DNA from: a virus
Strand: one strand, 5' to 3'
IMG/VR virus record: IMGVR_UViG_2029527005_000007
Location: 10,046 to 74,045 of that record
Length of the DNA stretch: 64,000 nt
How positions within the stretch are numbered: the first letter of the stretch is position 1; the number at the start of each line of letters is the position of its first letter. A program made the position numbers and the translations under genes. Shown here one piece after another: positions 1 through 10,356 of the stretch. The notes under the pieces are model-generated. The model was given only the letters and a program-made list of their open reading frames with translations, made no database searches and was not told where the DNA came from.

Positions 1-1017
1 GTTTGAGTAAAGGTTTTGGTTGAGGTAACTGGATTGTCCCTCAGGGTAGAGCCCTTCACCTTCACGATAAGCACCCACAGTTTCGTAATACTTCTGAATC
101 TGTTGCTGCGTTGGGCTGCCGTTGGTAACCTGTGGGTTGGCGTTAATCTCTTGCGCTGCACGCGCCATGAGGTTACGCACCAACGTTGAACGCTCTTTCA
201 CCGTAATGGTGTTGCCTTCTGGCCAGTTTTCATCCGCATCTTTCAATGCGTTGATCTGGAAACGGTGTTTACGGGCACCGCGTGTTACTAAACGAAACAG
301 GTCAACTGTACCGTCAGCATAGACCACGTCGCTGTACAAGCGGTTTAGCATGGCGATTTTGTTTTTGTTGCTGTCGCCCGGTGGTATGCCGTGTAACGTA
401 TCAGTCTGTGCTTTAGTGTTGTTGGGTAACACGGGATCAATGTAACCCAGTTTCACCATGATGTCGTTTAGCACGCCCGACGCCATCTGAATGTATTCTG
501 GCATGGCACCTTTCACCGTATAGAAACGGTTCTTGGGTGAATCCATCAAGAACTGCAAGAACTGCAGACTGACGCTGGCAAGCTGCATTGGCCAAAACGC
601 AACCGATGTGATTGCCTGACCAATATAGAAACTGAGATGAGGACGACGACCTTTGTTTGCCATAATCGCCGACACGGGGTCAAACATGTTGGTTAAGAAA
701 CTCAACAGTCCTGCGAATTCAGGCACGCCCGGAACCAATGTCAGTATCGTGGCGTTGTCATCGTACAACTCTTTATACAACACACCCATGCCGCCTTCAG
801 AACTTTGTTGATAGCGGTCATAGCGTGGATCGGTGGCAGGTGAGAACTGACTCACCGGGTTAACAAAGCGGTTATCTCCCGTAGCGCTACTAAAAACGTT
901 AAAGTAATTGCTCCAGTTAAAGTTGTCCAATAAAGGACGGTTATTTAACTCGGACGACAGCATTCTAAAAGAACGGGCAAGAATGTCCTTGTCCTTAACT
1001 GCCACTTTATTTGCCAT
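1..1017 (-). CDS. Virion structural protein, phiKZ gp182-like (runs off the window edge)
   Basis: ATG at 1017 with GGAG upstream. Translated by hand as MANKVAVKDKDILARSF...QFSPATDPRY...GGMGVLYKELY...GVPEF. Lies directly downstream of the gp181-like tail gene. Missing from the ORF track because it is truncated. Confidence 0.7.
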   Translation of the reverse strand, partial: MANKVAVKDKDILARSFRMLSSELNNRPLLDNFNWSNYFNVFSSATGDNRFVNPVSQFSPATDPRYDRYQQSSEGGMGVLYKELYDDNATILTLVPGVPEFAGLLSFLTNMFDPVSAIMANKGRRPHLSFYIGQAITSVAFWPMQLASVSLQFLQFLMDSPKNRFYTVKGAMPEYIQMASGVLNDIMVKLGYIDPVLPNNTKAQTDTLHGIPPGDSNKNKIAMLNRLYSDVVYADGTVDLFRLVTRGARKHRFQINALKDADENWPEGNTITVKERSTLVRNLMARAAQEINANPQVTNGSPTQQQIQKYYETVGAYREGEGLYPEGQSSYLNQNLYSN

Positions 1018-1027
1018 GTTTAACTCC

Positions 1028-1057
1028 AAAGAAAAGGTGGGGGTATTTCACCCCACC
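1028..1057 (-). terminator. Intrinsic terminator after the tail protein gene
   Basis: GGTGGGG-GTATTTCA-CCCCACC stem, followed on the minus strand by TTTTCTTT. Confidence 0.6.
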
Positions 1058-1062
1058 CGTTT

Positions 1063-4000
1063 TTATTTCGGTATAACCGAAGGCGTGTTACTGTTTTGCT
1101 GCTTAACAACCTGAATCAGCTGCTTCAACAGCTCTTCCACACCGCCTGAACCGGCTTTCATGGCTGAGGCCAATACTTGCGGATCCAGTGGGTCTGCGGC
1201 TGGCGCTGCAGGAGCAGCAGCTGGCGGAGCCATTGGCGTGGTTGGTGCCGGAGCTTGAGCAGCGGCTGCCGCTGGCGCTGCGGCAGGAGCACTTGGTGCA
1301 GTCGTAGTCGGAGCCGGTGCGTTACCGTCCGGAGCAGCCATTGCGGCTTCTGTTGTAATACGACCCATCTGAGCCAGTGAAGCATTACCCACTGTGCGCA
1401 TGTACTTGTCAGCAGCTGCATCACTCTCGAAGTTAAAGTGAATGTGGCCGCCGGTACCGGCTGCAGTTTTAACCCGGTATTCGTTGATGACTTTGTAATC
1501 CGCTGGAGACATCCCGGCGTCACTCATCATCTTCTGTACCGTAGCAGCAGCTTGGTCAGAGGTTCCTACTCCACCTTGAATGGTGAAGTCCAATGCCAGT
1601 CCCACAGCGTGTTTACTGCGCGGGTTAGCTTTGTGGTGGTATGCGTCGTTCAATGCCGTGAAGCGAATGAAGTCTTGCACCCGTGCCTGGATCTCTTGAC
1701 ATGCACGAACGATACCTGGGTGTACAGGTCCGCCTGCGGTGGTTTCCGCGGACTTCAGCTGCAAACCCGTGTAGGTATTGGTGCGGTTACCCGAGGCCAC
1801 AGAGGTAGCGTTAGCTACGTTCTGGAACCCTGCACCTGCACCACCGTTCGGACTACCGCCACCCAGACCATAACCCGACATCGGCGGAAGCTTGCCACCA
1901 CCCAACCCAGGGTTCTGTGGAATGGAAACTTCTGTTGTGCCAACGTTAAGTGGGTTCGGTCCTGGTAGCTGCGGATCTTTACGCTGAATTGTGACTTCCT
2001 GTCCGCCGGTAGCGGCTTCAGTTTCAGCACGACCTTTTGCTGCCAGGTCATCGCCTTCTGTGCCGTCACCACCTGCCGTTAACGTACCGTTGCTCAAACG
2101 AGCCAGGTAGTCTTTGAACATGGCGAATCGCTTCTCCATGCCCGGCAGTGCATTGCCGCCGTTCAATCCGCGTGCTGCATAACCAAAGTTGTTGTTCTGC
2201 GTGATAGACTGGAGCTGTTTGTTATCCTTGATAAAGGCCACTGCCAGCTTCGCCATGACTTTAGGGTCAGTAGAGGCCAGCTGTGGATTCTTCTCAAGGT
2301 CAACACCAATCATCTTACCGAACTTACGATAGTTAGCACGACCAGTGAGTTGGATAAATCCACGCCCACGGTAATCCCAACCATCATTCTCGTTGATGTT
2401 GCCCAACGAGGCCCCTTTGGCGCCACCGTAAACAAAGTTTGCGATAGCTTGCGGACCAGCCTGTACCAGTTGCTGTGCAGTTCCCATGTCAGTGACATTA
2501 CGGAACAGCTGCATTAACCTTGCCGGGTCACGGTAACGCATATTCTCGGTGGTCTGAGTATAGCCCTGTGACTCGTAGTTGGTTAACGCCAACGCCTCAG
2601 CAATCAGGCGCGGGTCAGTTAATCCTTCCGCAATCATCTCACGGATAATCAACTGCTCGGCAGCATTGCGCGGTACATTCACCCCAGTGTCATTACCTGC
2701 AGCAGATGGTGTGACTCCACTGAGGTTGACCTTGTTGATGTCAGAACTGCCTTTGATCGGTGCGTAGGTTTGCGCAGGCATACTGAACTGCGCGTCCATT
2801 GCAAGCTCGTTACGGTTCTGAGGATTACCTCCCGCACTGAGTTTATCCGTTGCAGCTCCACCCACGGCGTGTGCAGTGGTTTGGTTCACCAACTGTTTGG
2901 CACTGGTTTGCTGGGCTTCCAGAATCGGGTTGCGCAGCTTGGCTTTGTTGCTCAGCTCCTGCAATGCATTCAACAGCTTATCGACTTCCGGCAACTTGCC
3001 AACAGAGATCCCGTTTTCAAACGGTGAAGTTTTCACACTCCAAACCGGAATAAAGGTTTTCTTCGGCGTAACGTTGCGGGTATCAATAACACCCAGTGCG
3101 ATCTGGTATTTCGCTGTTGCCGTCAAGTTCATCCAGGCACTGCCCGGTGCACCATTACCGTAGCCGTTATAGAGCTTATAGTAGTTCATAAGCACTGGCA
3201 GGAAACGATCACGGAACCACAGGCACCAGTCATCGGCTTTCTCATCTTTGATGCGGAATGCGGCTTTGAACTCGTGGAAGAGATCACCGGTTTTACCCAG
3301 GAAACGCGCATCTTTACCAATGATTTTGATCATGCCCTCAACACGGCGCTCAAGGTGAGCCACCGCCTGGAACTTCCACGTTGGGAAGAGTTCCGTGCCG
3401 TACTCTTTGCCAAAGCTCAGGGACAAGCCATAAGCGTTCATACGGATAAGGGTGAATGGATCAATAATGCCGTTGTCAGGGATCAGGTCTTTGACGTTGA
3501 CCTGTCCCGCTACTTTGCCCGGACCATAGGCGTCGTTGAGCTTACCGACTTCTTCATCGATCTCTTTGAGGCGAGACTTCGCACTGCGCTGTTCGAGATA
3601 GCTGGTTTTGCCGTCAAGCCCCCAGAAGCTGGTGTTCTTGAGTTTCTCTTGCAGCTCTTTACGCTCTTTCTCCAGACCCTCTTTGCTCTCTACCTTCATG
3701 GTCACATCGCGGACTTTTGCGGTGTTATCACTTTTATCAAGATACTTCTTCAGCTCTTGCAGGTATTTGCCCACGCTCGCTATGGTTTCGTCTTGCCCCA
3801 TGAGCTTGTCGTGTGGATCGATGCTTGGCGTCACTTGATAAGGAGAAGGCTGAATACCCGCGATCGCCTGTGACGCCTGATAGGCGATGTCATACGCCCG
3901 TTTGTCGGTGAGCTTGTCAAACTCTTCGAGGCTCTTGAGCTTCAGAGTATCCAAGCAGGACATGTACGTCAGGAACACCGGTTTAAAACGACCATTGAAC

Positions 4001-7000
4001 CAGCTGAAAATATCACCCAGCTCGCCTGACTGTTTGCCGTCATTCCCCGCCTGCAGCAGTTGGAACACTTGCTGAATCGGCGTATCGGTTGCGAAAGAGG
4101 CAGAACCGTTGTTGATCACTACGTGCTTGGTCAACAGCTGTTCAATCGTAAAGATCTTTTTGCCTAAGTCGCCGTCAGGGTCTTCTAAACCGTACTGTAC
4201 AAAACGAATGTCAACCTGTTTGTACTTGCCTTTGGTGTACCACTTGTAGATGCCGTAACCGGCCAAGCCCACGCCAGCAACGGCCAGGCCCGCCAACACC
4301 ACAGGTGAAGCGAGAACGGTGGCTGCTGCGGTACCCGCTGCGGCTAAACCACTGCCTGCAGCACTCGCTAACGCCCCCACACCGATATCCACACCTGCGG
4401 CACCTGCAATAGACGAAGCCAGTGAATACCCCGCCCACACGTTGCCTGCGGTGCTGATCGCCTCATTGTCCATGAGCTCACCTGCCGCCTGTCCACCTGC
4501 ATAGATCAAGCCGGCTTTCAGGATAGCAGTCCGTGGGTTAAACGAGCCACCAAAGTTATTGGCTGCGTTCTTTAATCCACTGAAGCGACGTTTACGACGT
4601 ACACGATTCCGACGTCCCCGGTTACGCATATCACGTTCCAGGTCTGCATCAGTACCACCACCACCTCTTAAACGTTCGGTGCGCTCACGCTCACGACGAG
4701 CACGGTTCTCTTTCTTCTTGCGTTCACGCTCTTTACGCTTCTTGCGCTCATCGCCTGACTCGCCTTCAGAACCTCCGACTTCGTTGTCTTCACCAATGAG
4801 ATCTTCGATGCCCTGGTCACGCCCACCACCCCCAGTAAAGAAGCTGGCCAGCTTAGTGATGCCGCCACCGATAATTGGAAGGGCTTTAAGTCCCGCACTG
4901 GCAAACTTAAACATAGTGCCGAAACCGTTCACGATGGTTTTGCCAAAGAACTTCTCGGCCAACCCTTTGACCATCCCAATGCCACCAAACAGCAGACCCA
5001 GTAACCCTTTGGGTTTCTTCTTGTCTTCTTTCTTGTTGGCAATACCACCTAACGAATCACTGATGTTGATGATTGCATCCTGGACCTTCTCGTTCTTTTT
5101 CTCTTTGGCTTGACGACGTTCATCTTCCAAGGAGTTCAAACGCACCTTTTCCTTAGTGGCTTCGGTTTCTTCTGGCTCAGGTTGTGACTGCAGATGTTTT
5201 ACCACATCCATCTTTTCCACGATGCTGATGTCTTGCGGCTCGATACCGAACTTCTGACACAGCAGGTGGTAGATGCGATCCACCGAGTTTACAATAGGAG
5301 AATAGTCGGCTTTAACCAACTGGGAGGTTTTGTCGTAGGCTTTCTTACCGCCGGCGATAGCGCGGTCTTTGAACTTGCCCAACAGATCCAGACCAAAGAT
5401 ACCGGCACGCTTGCTGGCTGCGCCGAGCTTGGTGATGCTTACACCCATTGAGGTAACCAGACCGCGGTCAAAGTCATCTTGAGTGATCAGCGTTTCGCCA
5501 TCTTTGTCATACACCGGACCGTCGATTTCATTCCAGCCTTTGATCTCTACGGCTTTGTCGTTGGCATCCAGCTTGTAGTACCAACCTTTGCCCATCTTCT
5601 TGCCCAGCAGCACTGGCGACTTCTCACCCTGACGAAATACATCCATCTGGTAGAAACGTGTAGACAGTGCCTTGCCGAGTTTCGATGCACGACCAAACGG
5701 GTCAATGGCGTTGAACAGCTTCATGCCCATTTCCCGCAGTTTGTTTAAACCGCGCAACAGACGGGCCCGACCATCTGCACCAAACAGCTTTTGCGCCAGC
5801 TGACGAGCAGTGGCTACGATATTGCCCGCTTTGTCAATGATCGCACTGGTGACGTCATTCCAGGTCTTGAGGACCTTACGGGTAGCGCTGTCGAAGTAGT
5901 CGCCATTACGTAAGCGCTCACCACGCAGTAACGGCTCTTCGTCGCCTGGATTTTCATACAGGTCTTCGGTGTCAGCAAAACGATCGCTGTTCAGGCTACG
6001 GATTTTGGAGTAAGCGGCCATGGCTAAGCCACCTGCTCCTACCAGCGCAGCCGCTTTGGGATCATGCAGTGCGTACGCACCCAAACCACCCAACAAACCA
6101 CCCAGGATCAACGGCTCGTTGTTCAACAAGGTTTCTACACCTTTATTAAACAGGTTCCGTGGCGAGAAGCCCTTAATACGATCCAGAATGGTTTTCTTGC
6201 CCTGCTCTTCCTCTACCTGTTCTTTCTTGGAACGGCGAATGATCGTAGGTTGTTTCTCCAGGATCTTTTGGAACAGGTCAGTGTGGCTGGTTTGAATCCC
6301 AATCAACTTATCCAGCTGGGTGTTCACCAAGCTCAGGCTTTGCGTATAGTCCGCACCCCCACCACCTTTACCCCCGCCATTCTTGATGGTTTGGTTGAGT
6401 TCAGTTAACGTGGTGTTGAGATTGTTGAAATTGTTGTTAACCGTGTTCTTAACGGTTCCACCCTTCCAACTAACAGTATCACCTTGCTCGATGTCGTAGC
6501 CCTGCTCCTGCTGCTCACGAAGCTTCTTGTCGAAGTTATCGTCAGTCTGCTGGAGACGGAACATCTTCCACATCTTCTCATCATCAATCTCTTCGCGTCC
6601 GTTCTTATTAATGATGATGCCAGCGTCACGTAATGCCTGATAGTGACCAGAGTTACGCAAGCGGTCGATGTTGTCGTTGGTATCGTAAATACCCCGCTTG
6701 ATGTCCTGGACGTACGGCAGGGCTTTGTTAGCCAGCGCGGCACCTTTGCCCGGCATAACCGACAACAGCTTGGCGCGGTCAGCGTCATTGCCGTTCTGGA
6801 AACGGTCGATCTGTTCCTGAGAAATACCAAAGTTCTCCAGCGTCATTGCACGGATCTCTTCAGCAATCTTTGGATCAACCCCTTCCTTTTCCAGGTTTAA
6901 CAAATGATAAGGAGAGAAACCCATAGCAGAATCAGACTTCTTGGCTAACTGATAACCCAGCTCCTGCTTGGCTTTATCGGCCAGTACCCCTTTTTCATCC

Positions 7001-8706
7001 ACAACGTCAGCAGCAGCTTTAGAGCTGTACACCGCACTTCCCAACACATGAGATCCATAGACCTCGCGCGTTGCCATCGCCTTGGCGCCTTTGGCAGAGA
7101 TAAACTTGCCTTTGGTCCAGTCGTAGGTTTCTGGCTGCAGGTTGTTGTTACCGGTACGCATTTTCTCTAACGAGAGATGAAGACGCGAGAACCAGGCAGG
7201 AATAATTTCGGTGATGGTACGATCCGTTTGACGGGTATACACATGCGGCTCAGCACCATCCGCATACGTACGTCCGCGCAGATCGTATTTGGTTTTGCTG
7301 GAACCATAGGTGTTGTCGAGAATAACACCTAAACCTTTATTAGCGTTCTTCTTGGCCCAGCGTTGTGTTTTCCACACAAACTCAGGAACGGGTTTCTGTC
7401 CAGGAGGCAGGGACGCTTTGTAGTCCTGGTACGTCATGGACTCGTCGTCGTCGTCACCGAACAGGTTACCACCTTGATAGTTGGCGCTCAGGGTGTTAAA
7501 CAAACCTTCCAGGTTGTTCAAACCATAAGACACCTGATGACCCAGCGTGTTCAGCTTGTCATACTTCCCACCTATCTTTTTCGAGAACTCTGGGAAAGCT
7601 TTAGCAAAACGCGCACGCATGGCGTCGCCGGTCTTGCCTTTCAGTAAGCGAGGTAGGGCATCAATGGCACCACCACCCAGCATACTCCCCATCATCTCTA
7701 CCAGATCACGTGAGCTCATCCCATCGGTCATGCCGCCAACCATGGAGAGCTGGCTCGTGAGGTTGTTTAAACCGTAGTAGCCGTTCTGACGTGCTGCCTT
7801 GCCTACACGATCATTGATCAAACCCATGATCCCGCCAGCGCTATTACGCAGGGTATTGAACATCGACCCGCGAATACGCTTACGGACTTCATCACCCATC
7901 GACATCTTTTGGAAGTCAGACATGCGACTGGATTTGGCCACGTCTTTCACTTCAGCGATTAACCGGTGGTTAGCGGCTTCCATGAATTTGTAGAACTTGG
8001 CATTGGTGAGATGCATACGTGCCAGAAGGTTGATTTTCATTGCGTCATTGCGCTGTTGCACTCTGAGCTGGAAATCCACCATCTGTTTTAAATAGCCATT
8101 GGTCTTGGCAACACCAACCGCGATACCCTGCATGTTGGCATTCTGGGAAGCGCCGGTGACCACTAATGCATCAGTGATCTCTTTGCCCAGTGTGCGCAGA
8201 CCAGACATGGTCATGATGCTGCCAGCTCGCGTAGCTTCTACAACATCGTTGACGTCTTCGTCGCTCGTCCCGTCCATTGTGGGCTTGTCGTCGGAGCTTG
8301 AACCCCCACTACCATCCCAGCTGGAAAAGTCGTATTTCGAGAACTCGTCAATTTTGTTGGAAAGCCCATTAGGGAGCTTAGACTTTATTGCCTCTTCTTT
8401 TTGACCCACGAGATACTGCAAGTCTCTCATTGAGTCGGCAGTCTCTCTCTTTACTTCTTCCTTGATATCAGTATACAGCCGTCGCGTGTCATTGATGAAT
8501 TGGAAAGTCCCGTTAAACGACTCGGGAAGTACCATTTTAACTGTTTTCAGTTTCGCATCAGTGCTGCCAACGAGTGCATCTTTCGCCCCACCCAGAAATC
8601 CTATGGCGAACGATTTTAACTTGGACCCTTTTTTATCAGAATCAAAGTCAGAATCGAAATTGAGATCTCCGTCAAAGGGGTCATCGAAATTGAAATTATC
8701 ACTCAT
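1063..8706 (-). CDS. Tape-measure/tail-tip protein with peptidoglycan hydrolase domains (phiKZ gp181-like)
   Basis: 2547 aa with hydrophobic Gly/Ala segments. GH19 motif YRGRGFIQLTGRANY; M15-type motifs SKHAVGLALD and GHIH. Divergent from the vRNAP genes, as gp181 is in phiKZ-like phages. Confidence 0.85.
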   Translation of the reverse strand: MSDNFNFDDPFDGDLNFDSDFDSDKKGSKLKSFAIGFLGGAKDALVGSTDAKLKTVKMVLPESFNGTFQFINDTRRLYTDIKEEVKRETADSMRDLQYLVGQKEEAIKSKLPNGLSNKIDEFSKYDFSSWDGSGGSSSDDKPTMDGTSDEDVNDVVEATRAGSIMTMSGLRTLGKEITDALVVTGASQNANMQGIAVGVAKTNGYLKQMVDFQLRVQQRNDAMKINLLARMHLTNAKFYKFMEAANHRLIAEVKDVAKSSRMSDFQKMSMGDEVRKRIRGSMFNTLRNSAGGIMGLINDRVGKAARQNGYYGLNNLTSQLSMVGGMTDGMSSRDLVEMMGSMLGGGAIDALPRLLKGKTGDAMRARFAKAFPEFSKKIGGKYDKLNTLGHQVSYGLNNLEGLFNTLSANYQGGNLFGDDDDESMTYQDYKASLPPGQKPVPEFVWKTQRWAKKNANKGLGVILDNTYGSSKTKYDLRGRTYADGAEPHVYTRQTDRTITEIIPAWFSRLHLSLEKMRTGNNNLQPETYDWTKGKFISAKGAKAMATREVYGSHVLGSAVYSSKAAADVVDEKGVLADKAKQELGYQLAKKSDSAMGFSPYHLLNLEKEGVDPKIAEEIRAMTLENFGISQEQIDRFQNGNDADRAKLLSVMPGKGAALANKALPYVQDIKRGIYDTNDNIDRLRNSGHYQALRDAGIIINKNGREEIDDEKMWKMFRLQQTDDNFDKKLREQQEQGYDIEQGDTVSWKGGTVKNTVNNNFNNLNTTLTELNQTIKNGGGKGGGGADYTQSLSLVNTQLDKLIGIQTSHTDLFQKILEKQPTIIRRSKKEQVEEEQGKKTILDRIKGFSPRNLFNKGVETLLNNEPLILGGLLGGLGAYALHDPKAAALVGAGGLAMAAYSKIRSLNSDRFADTEDLYENPGDEEPLLRGERLRNGDYFDSATRKVLKTWNDVTSAIIDKAGNIVATARQLAQKLFGADGRARLLRGLNKLREMGMKLFNAIDPFGRASKLGKALSTRFYQMDVFRQGEKSPVLLGKKMGKGWYYKLDANDKAVEIKGWNEIDGPVYDKDGETLITQDDFDRGLVTSMGVSITKLGAASKRAGIFGLDLLGKFKDRAIAGGKKAYDKTSQLVKADYSPIVNSVDRIYHLLCQKFGIEPQDISIVEKMDVVKHLQSQPEPEETEATKEKVRLNSLEDERRQAKEKKNEKVQDAIINISDSLGGIANKKEDKKKPKGLLGLLFGGIGMVKGLAEKFFGKTIVNGFGTMFKFASAGLKALPIIGGGITKLASFFTGGGGRDQGIEDLIGEDNEVGGSEGESGDERKKRKERERKKKENRARRERERTERLRGGGGTDADLERDMRNRGRRNRVRRKRRFSGLKNAANNFGGSFNPRTAILKAGLIYAGGQAAGELMDNEAISTAGNVWAGYSLASSIAGAAGVDIGVGALASAAGSGLAAAGTAAATVLASPVVLAGLAVAGVGLAGYGIYKWYTKGKYKQVDIRFVQYGLEDPDGDLGKKIFTIEQLLTKHVVINNGSASFATDTPIQQVFQLLQAGNDGKQSGELGDIFSWFNGRFKPVFLTYMSCLDTLKLKSLEEFDKLTDKRAYDIAYQASQAIAGIQPSPYQVTPSIDPHDKLMGQDETIASVGKYLQELKKYLDKSDNTAKVRDVTMKVESKEGLEKERKELQEKLKNTSFWGLDGKTSYLEQRSAKSRLKEIDEEVGKLNDAYGPGKVAGQVNVKDLIPDNGIIDPFTLIRMNAYGLSLSFGKEYGTELFPTWKFQAVAHLERRVEGMIKIIGKDARFLGKTGDLFHEFKAAFRIKDEKADDWCLWFRDRFLPVLMNYYKLYNGYGNGAPGSAWMNLTATAKYQIALGVIDTRNVTPKKTFIPVWSVKTSPFENGISVGKLPEVDKLLNALQELSNKAKLRNPILEAQQTSAKQLVNQTTAHAVGGAATDKLSAGGNPQNRNELAMDAQFSMPAQTYAPIKGSSDINKVNLSGVTPSAAGNDTGVNVPRNAAEQLIIREMIAEGLTDPRLIAEALALTNYESQGYTQTTENMRYRDPARLMQLFRNVTDMGTAQQLVQAGPQAIANFVYGGAKGASLGNINENDGWDYRGRGFIQLTGRANYRKFGKMIGVDLEKNPQLASTDPKVMAKLAVAFIKDNKQLQSITQNNNFGYAARGLNGGNALPGMEKRFAMFKDYLARLSNGTLTAGGDGTEGDDLAAKGRAETEAATGGQEVTIQRKDPQLPGPNPLNVGTTEVSIPQNPGLGGGKLPPMSGYGLGGGSPNGGAGAGFQNVANATSVASGNRTNTYTGLQLKSAETTAGGPVHPGIVRACQEIQARVQDFIRFTALNDAYHHKANPRSKHAVGLALDFTIQGGVGTSDQAAATVQKMMSDAGMSPADYKVINEYRVKTAAGTGGHIHFNFESDAAADKYMRTVGNASLAQMGRITTEAAMAAPDGNAPAPTTTAPSAPAAAPAAAAAQAPAPTTPMAPPAAAPAAPAADPLDPQVLASAMKAGSGGVEELLKQLIQVVKQQNSNTPSVIPK

Positions 8707-8730
8707 GCTAAAACCTCTTAGGAGTTTTTA

Positions 8731-10356
8731 ATGAAACCCACTAACGTGTCTTTATTAGACCCGAAAAGTATTATCCCTGGACTGTACGGAGAGGTATCGT
8801 CCACGGATAGCTTTGAAGGGATGACACAGAACTTAAACCCTGACGGATTGTTTTCTGTGGAAATCTTCGGTCGGGTAGGCACTGATAAGCGTGACACAAC
8901 GGAAGCGTTTATCAGAACCTACTTGCCCATTTTTAACCCCACCTATTTTGACGCCCTGGTTAAACTGAAATCCCTTTATTTGGGGATCATTAAAGGGGCG
9001 ACATATGCCGTATGGGACGCTAGCGAGAAAGACTTCATAAAATCCAACATCCTGGACGGTGAAACGGGTTTTGCTTTTTTCATGAAGCACTTCGGACAGC
9101 TGGATCCAAAAGAGAACTCTTCTCCACGCCGTAAACAGCGTATCACGTTAGTGAAAGAGAAGTTTGATTACGCTCTCCATACTCGCATGTTGGTTATTCC
9201 GGCTGGTTTACGTGATGTTGAATTCACGCCATCCGGTGAATCGACCAAGGTGGTTGAGCCTGAGATCAACGAACTGTACCGCAAGCTGATGTTTAAAACG
9301 CGTGCCGTGCAGAACATTCCTGCCGGTGATGAAGATAACCCGCTGTACGATAACGTGCGCTGGGGTATTCAGAGTGCCATCAATGCCATCGACGATTACC
9401 TGTTTGACATGCTCGACGGTAAAGGTGGTGTATTACAGAGCAAGCTGGCAACGCGTGGCGTGGTTGGGGGTGTACGAAACATCCTGACAGCTCGTAAGGT
9501 ATCACGTAGCGATCTCGATGACGACGATGGTGTGAACCCTAACTCGTCGGATATTGGATTGTTCCAGGGTTTGATGAACTTCCAGTATTCCTGTATTCAT
9601 GCGCTCATGAAGAACTTTATTGAGCATGTGTTTACTTTGGGCTCCAACAACGTCAAGTTAATCGACCCCAAAACCTTGAGCTATACCTATGAAGAACTGA
9701 ACCCCGCGGTGATTGATAAGTGGACCACAGTGGAAGGTTTGGTAAAGCTCTTCAATGGTTTCAAGGCGCAGAACCTCCGCTTTAAACCCATCACCATTAA
9801 CCAATGTTACCTTGCGCTTGTCTATGACGATGGCAAGGACGTTATGGTGTTGTTCGATATTGAAGAACTCCCCGCTGACCGTGATCGTAAATATGTGACT
9901 CCACTAACTTATGTGGAACTCTTCTATATTTACTGTCATGACGCCATCACTAGCAACATGATGCAGCAAACACGTTACCCTATTATCGGTATTGGCTCCA
10001 TCTATCCTAGCTTTGTTAACTTAAAGACGATTCAGGGCGCGAAACCGCGCAACATCATCTCGCCTTACGGGGAAGTGATTACCCGAGTTAACAACTACCC
10101 GCATAAAGCTGAACGCACAGACTTCTTTGACTCATTGTCGGTTGACCCCACTCGTATCTCGGGATTGGATGGTGACCACGATGGTGACCAGTTAGGCTGT
10201 AACGGTTTGTGTACGGAAGAGAGCAAGGCGGAAGTTAGGGCGTTGTTTGGTCGGCGTGATTACTACATCGACGGCAGTGGTGAGTTTCTTTATGACCCGC
10301 TTTCTGAACCGGTGGTCTTTCTGTTGAAGGCCGCGACCAGTGGATTGAAATTATGA
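8731..10356 (+). CDS. Virion RNA polymerase beta-prime subunit (catalytic part, gp180-like)
   Basis: PDGLFSVEIFG, LVIPAGLRD and the Asp triad DHDGD (10174-10188) are RpoC-like motifs; adjacent to the beta subunit. Confidence 0.9.
   Translation: MKPTNVSLLDPKSIIPGLYGEVSSTDSFEGMTQNLNPDGLFSVEIFGRVGTDKRDTTEAFIRTYLPIFNPTYFDALVKLKSLYLGIIKGATYAVWDASEKDFIKSNILDGETGFAFFMKHFGQLDPKENSSPRRKQRITLVKEKFDYALHTRMLVIPAGLRDVEFTPSGESTKVVEPEINELYRKLMFKTRAVQNIPAGDEDNPLYDNVRWGIQSAINAIDDYLFDMLDGKGGVLQSKLATRGVVGGVRNILTARKVSRSDLDDDDGVNPNSSDIGLFQGLMNFQYSCIHALMKNFIEHVFTLGSNNVKLIDPKTLSYTYEELNPAVIDKWTTVEGLVKLFNGFKAQNLRFKPITINQCYLALVYDDGKDVMVLFDIEELPADRDRKYVTPLTYVELFYIYCHDAITSNMMQQTRYPIIGIGSIYPSFVNLKTIQGAKPRNIISPYGEVITRVNNYPHKAERTDFFDSLSVDPTRISGLDGDHDGDQLGCNGLCTEESKAEVRALFGRRDYYIDGSGEFLYDPLSEPVVFLLKAATSGLKL

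Noticed and set aside
1160-1350. GC-rich GCT/GCA repeats as a DNA repeat element
   Set aside because: Explained by the Ala/Pro-rich linker of the tail protein
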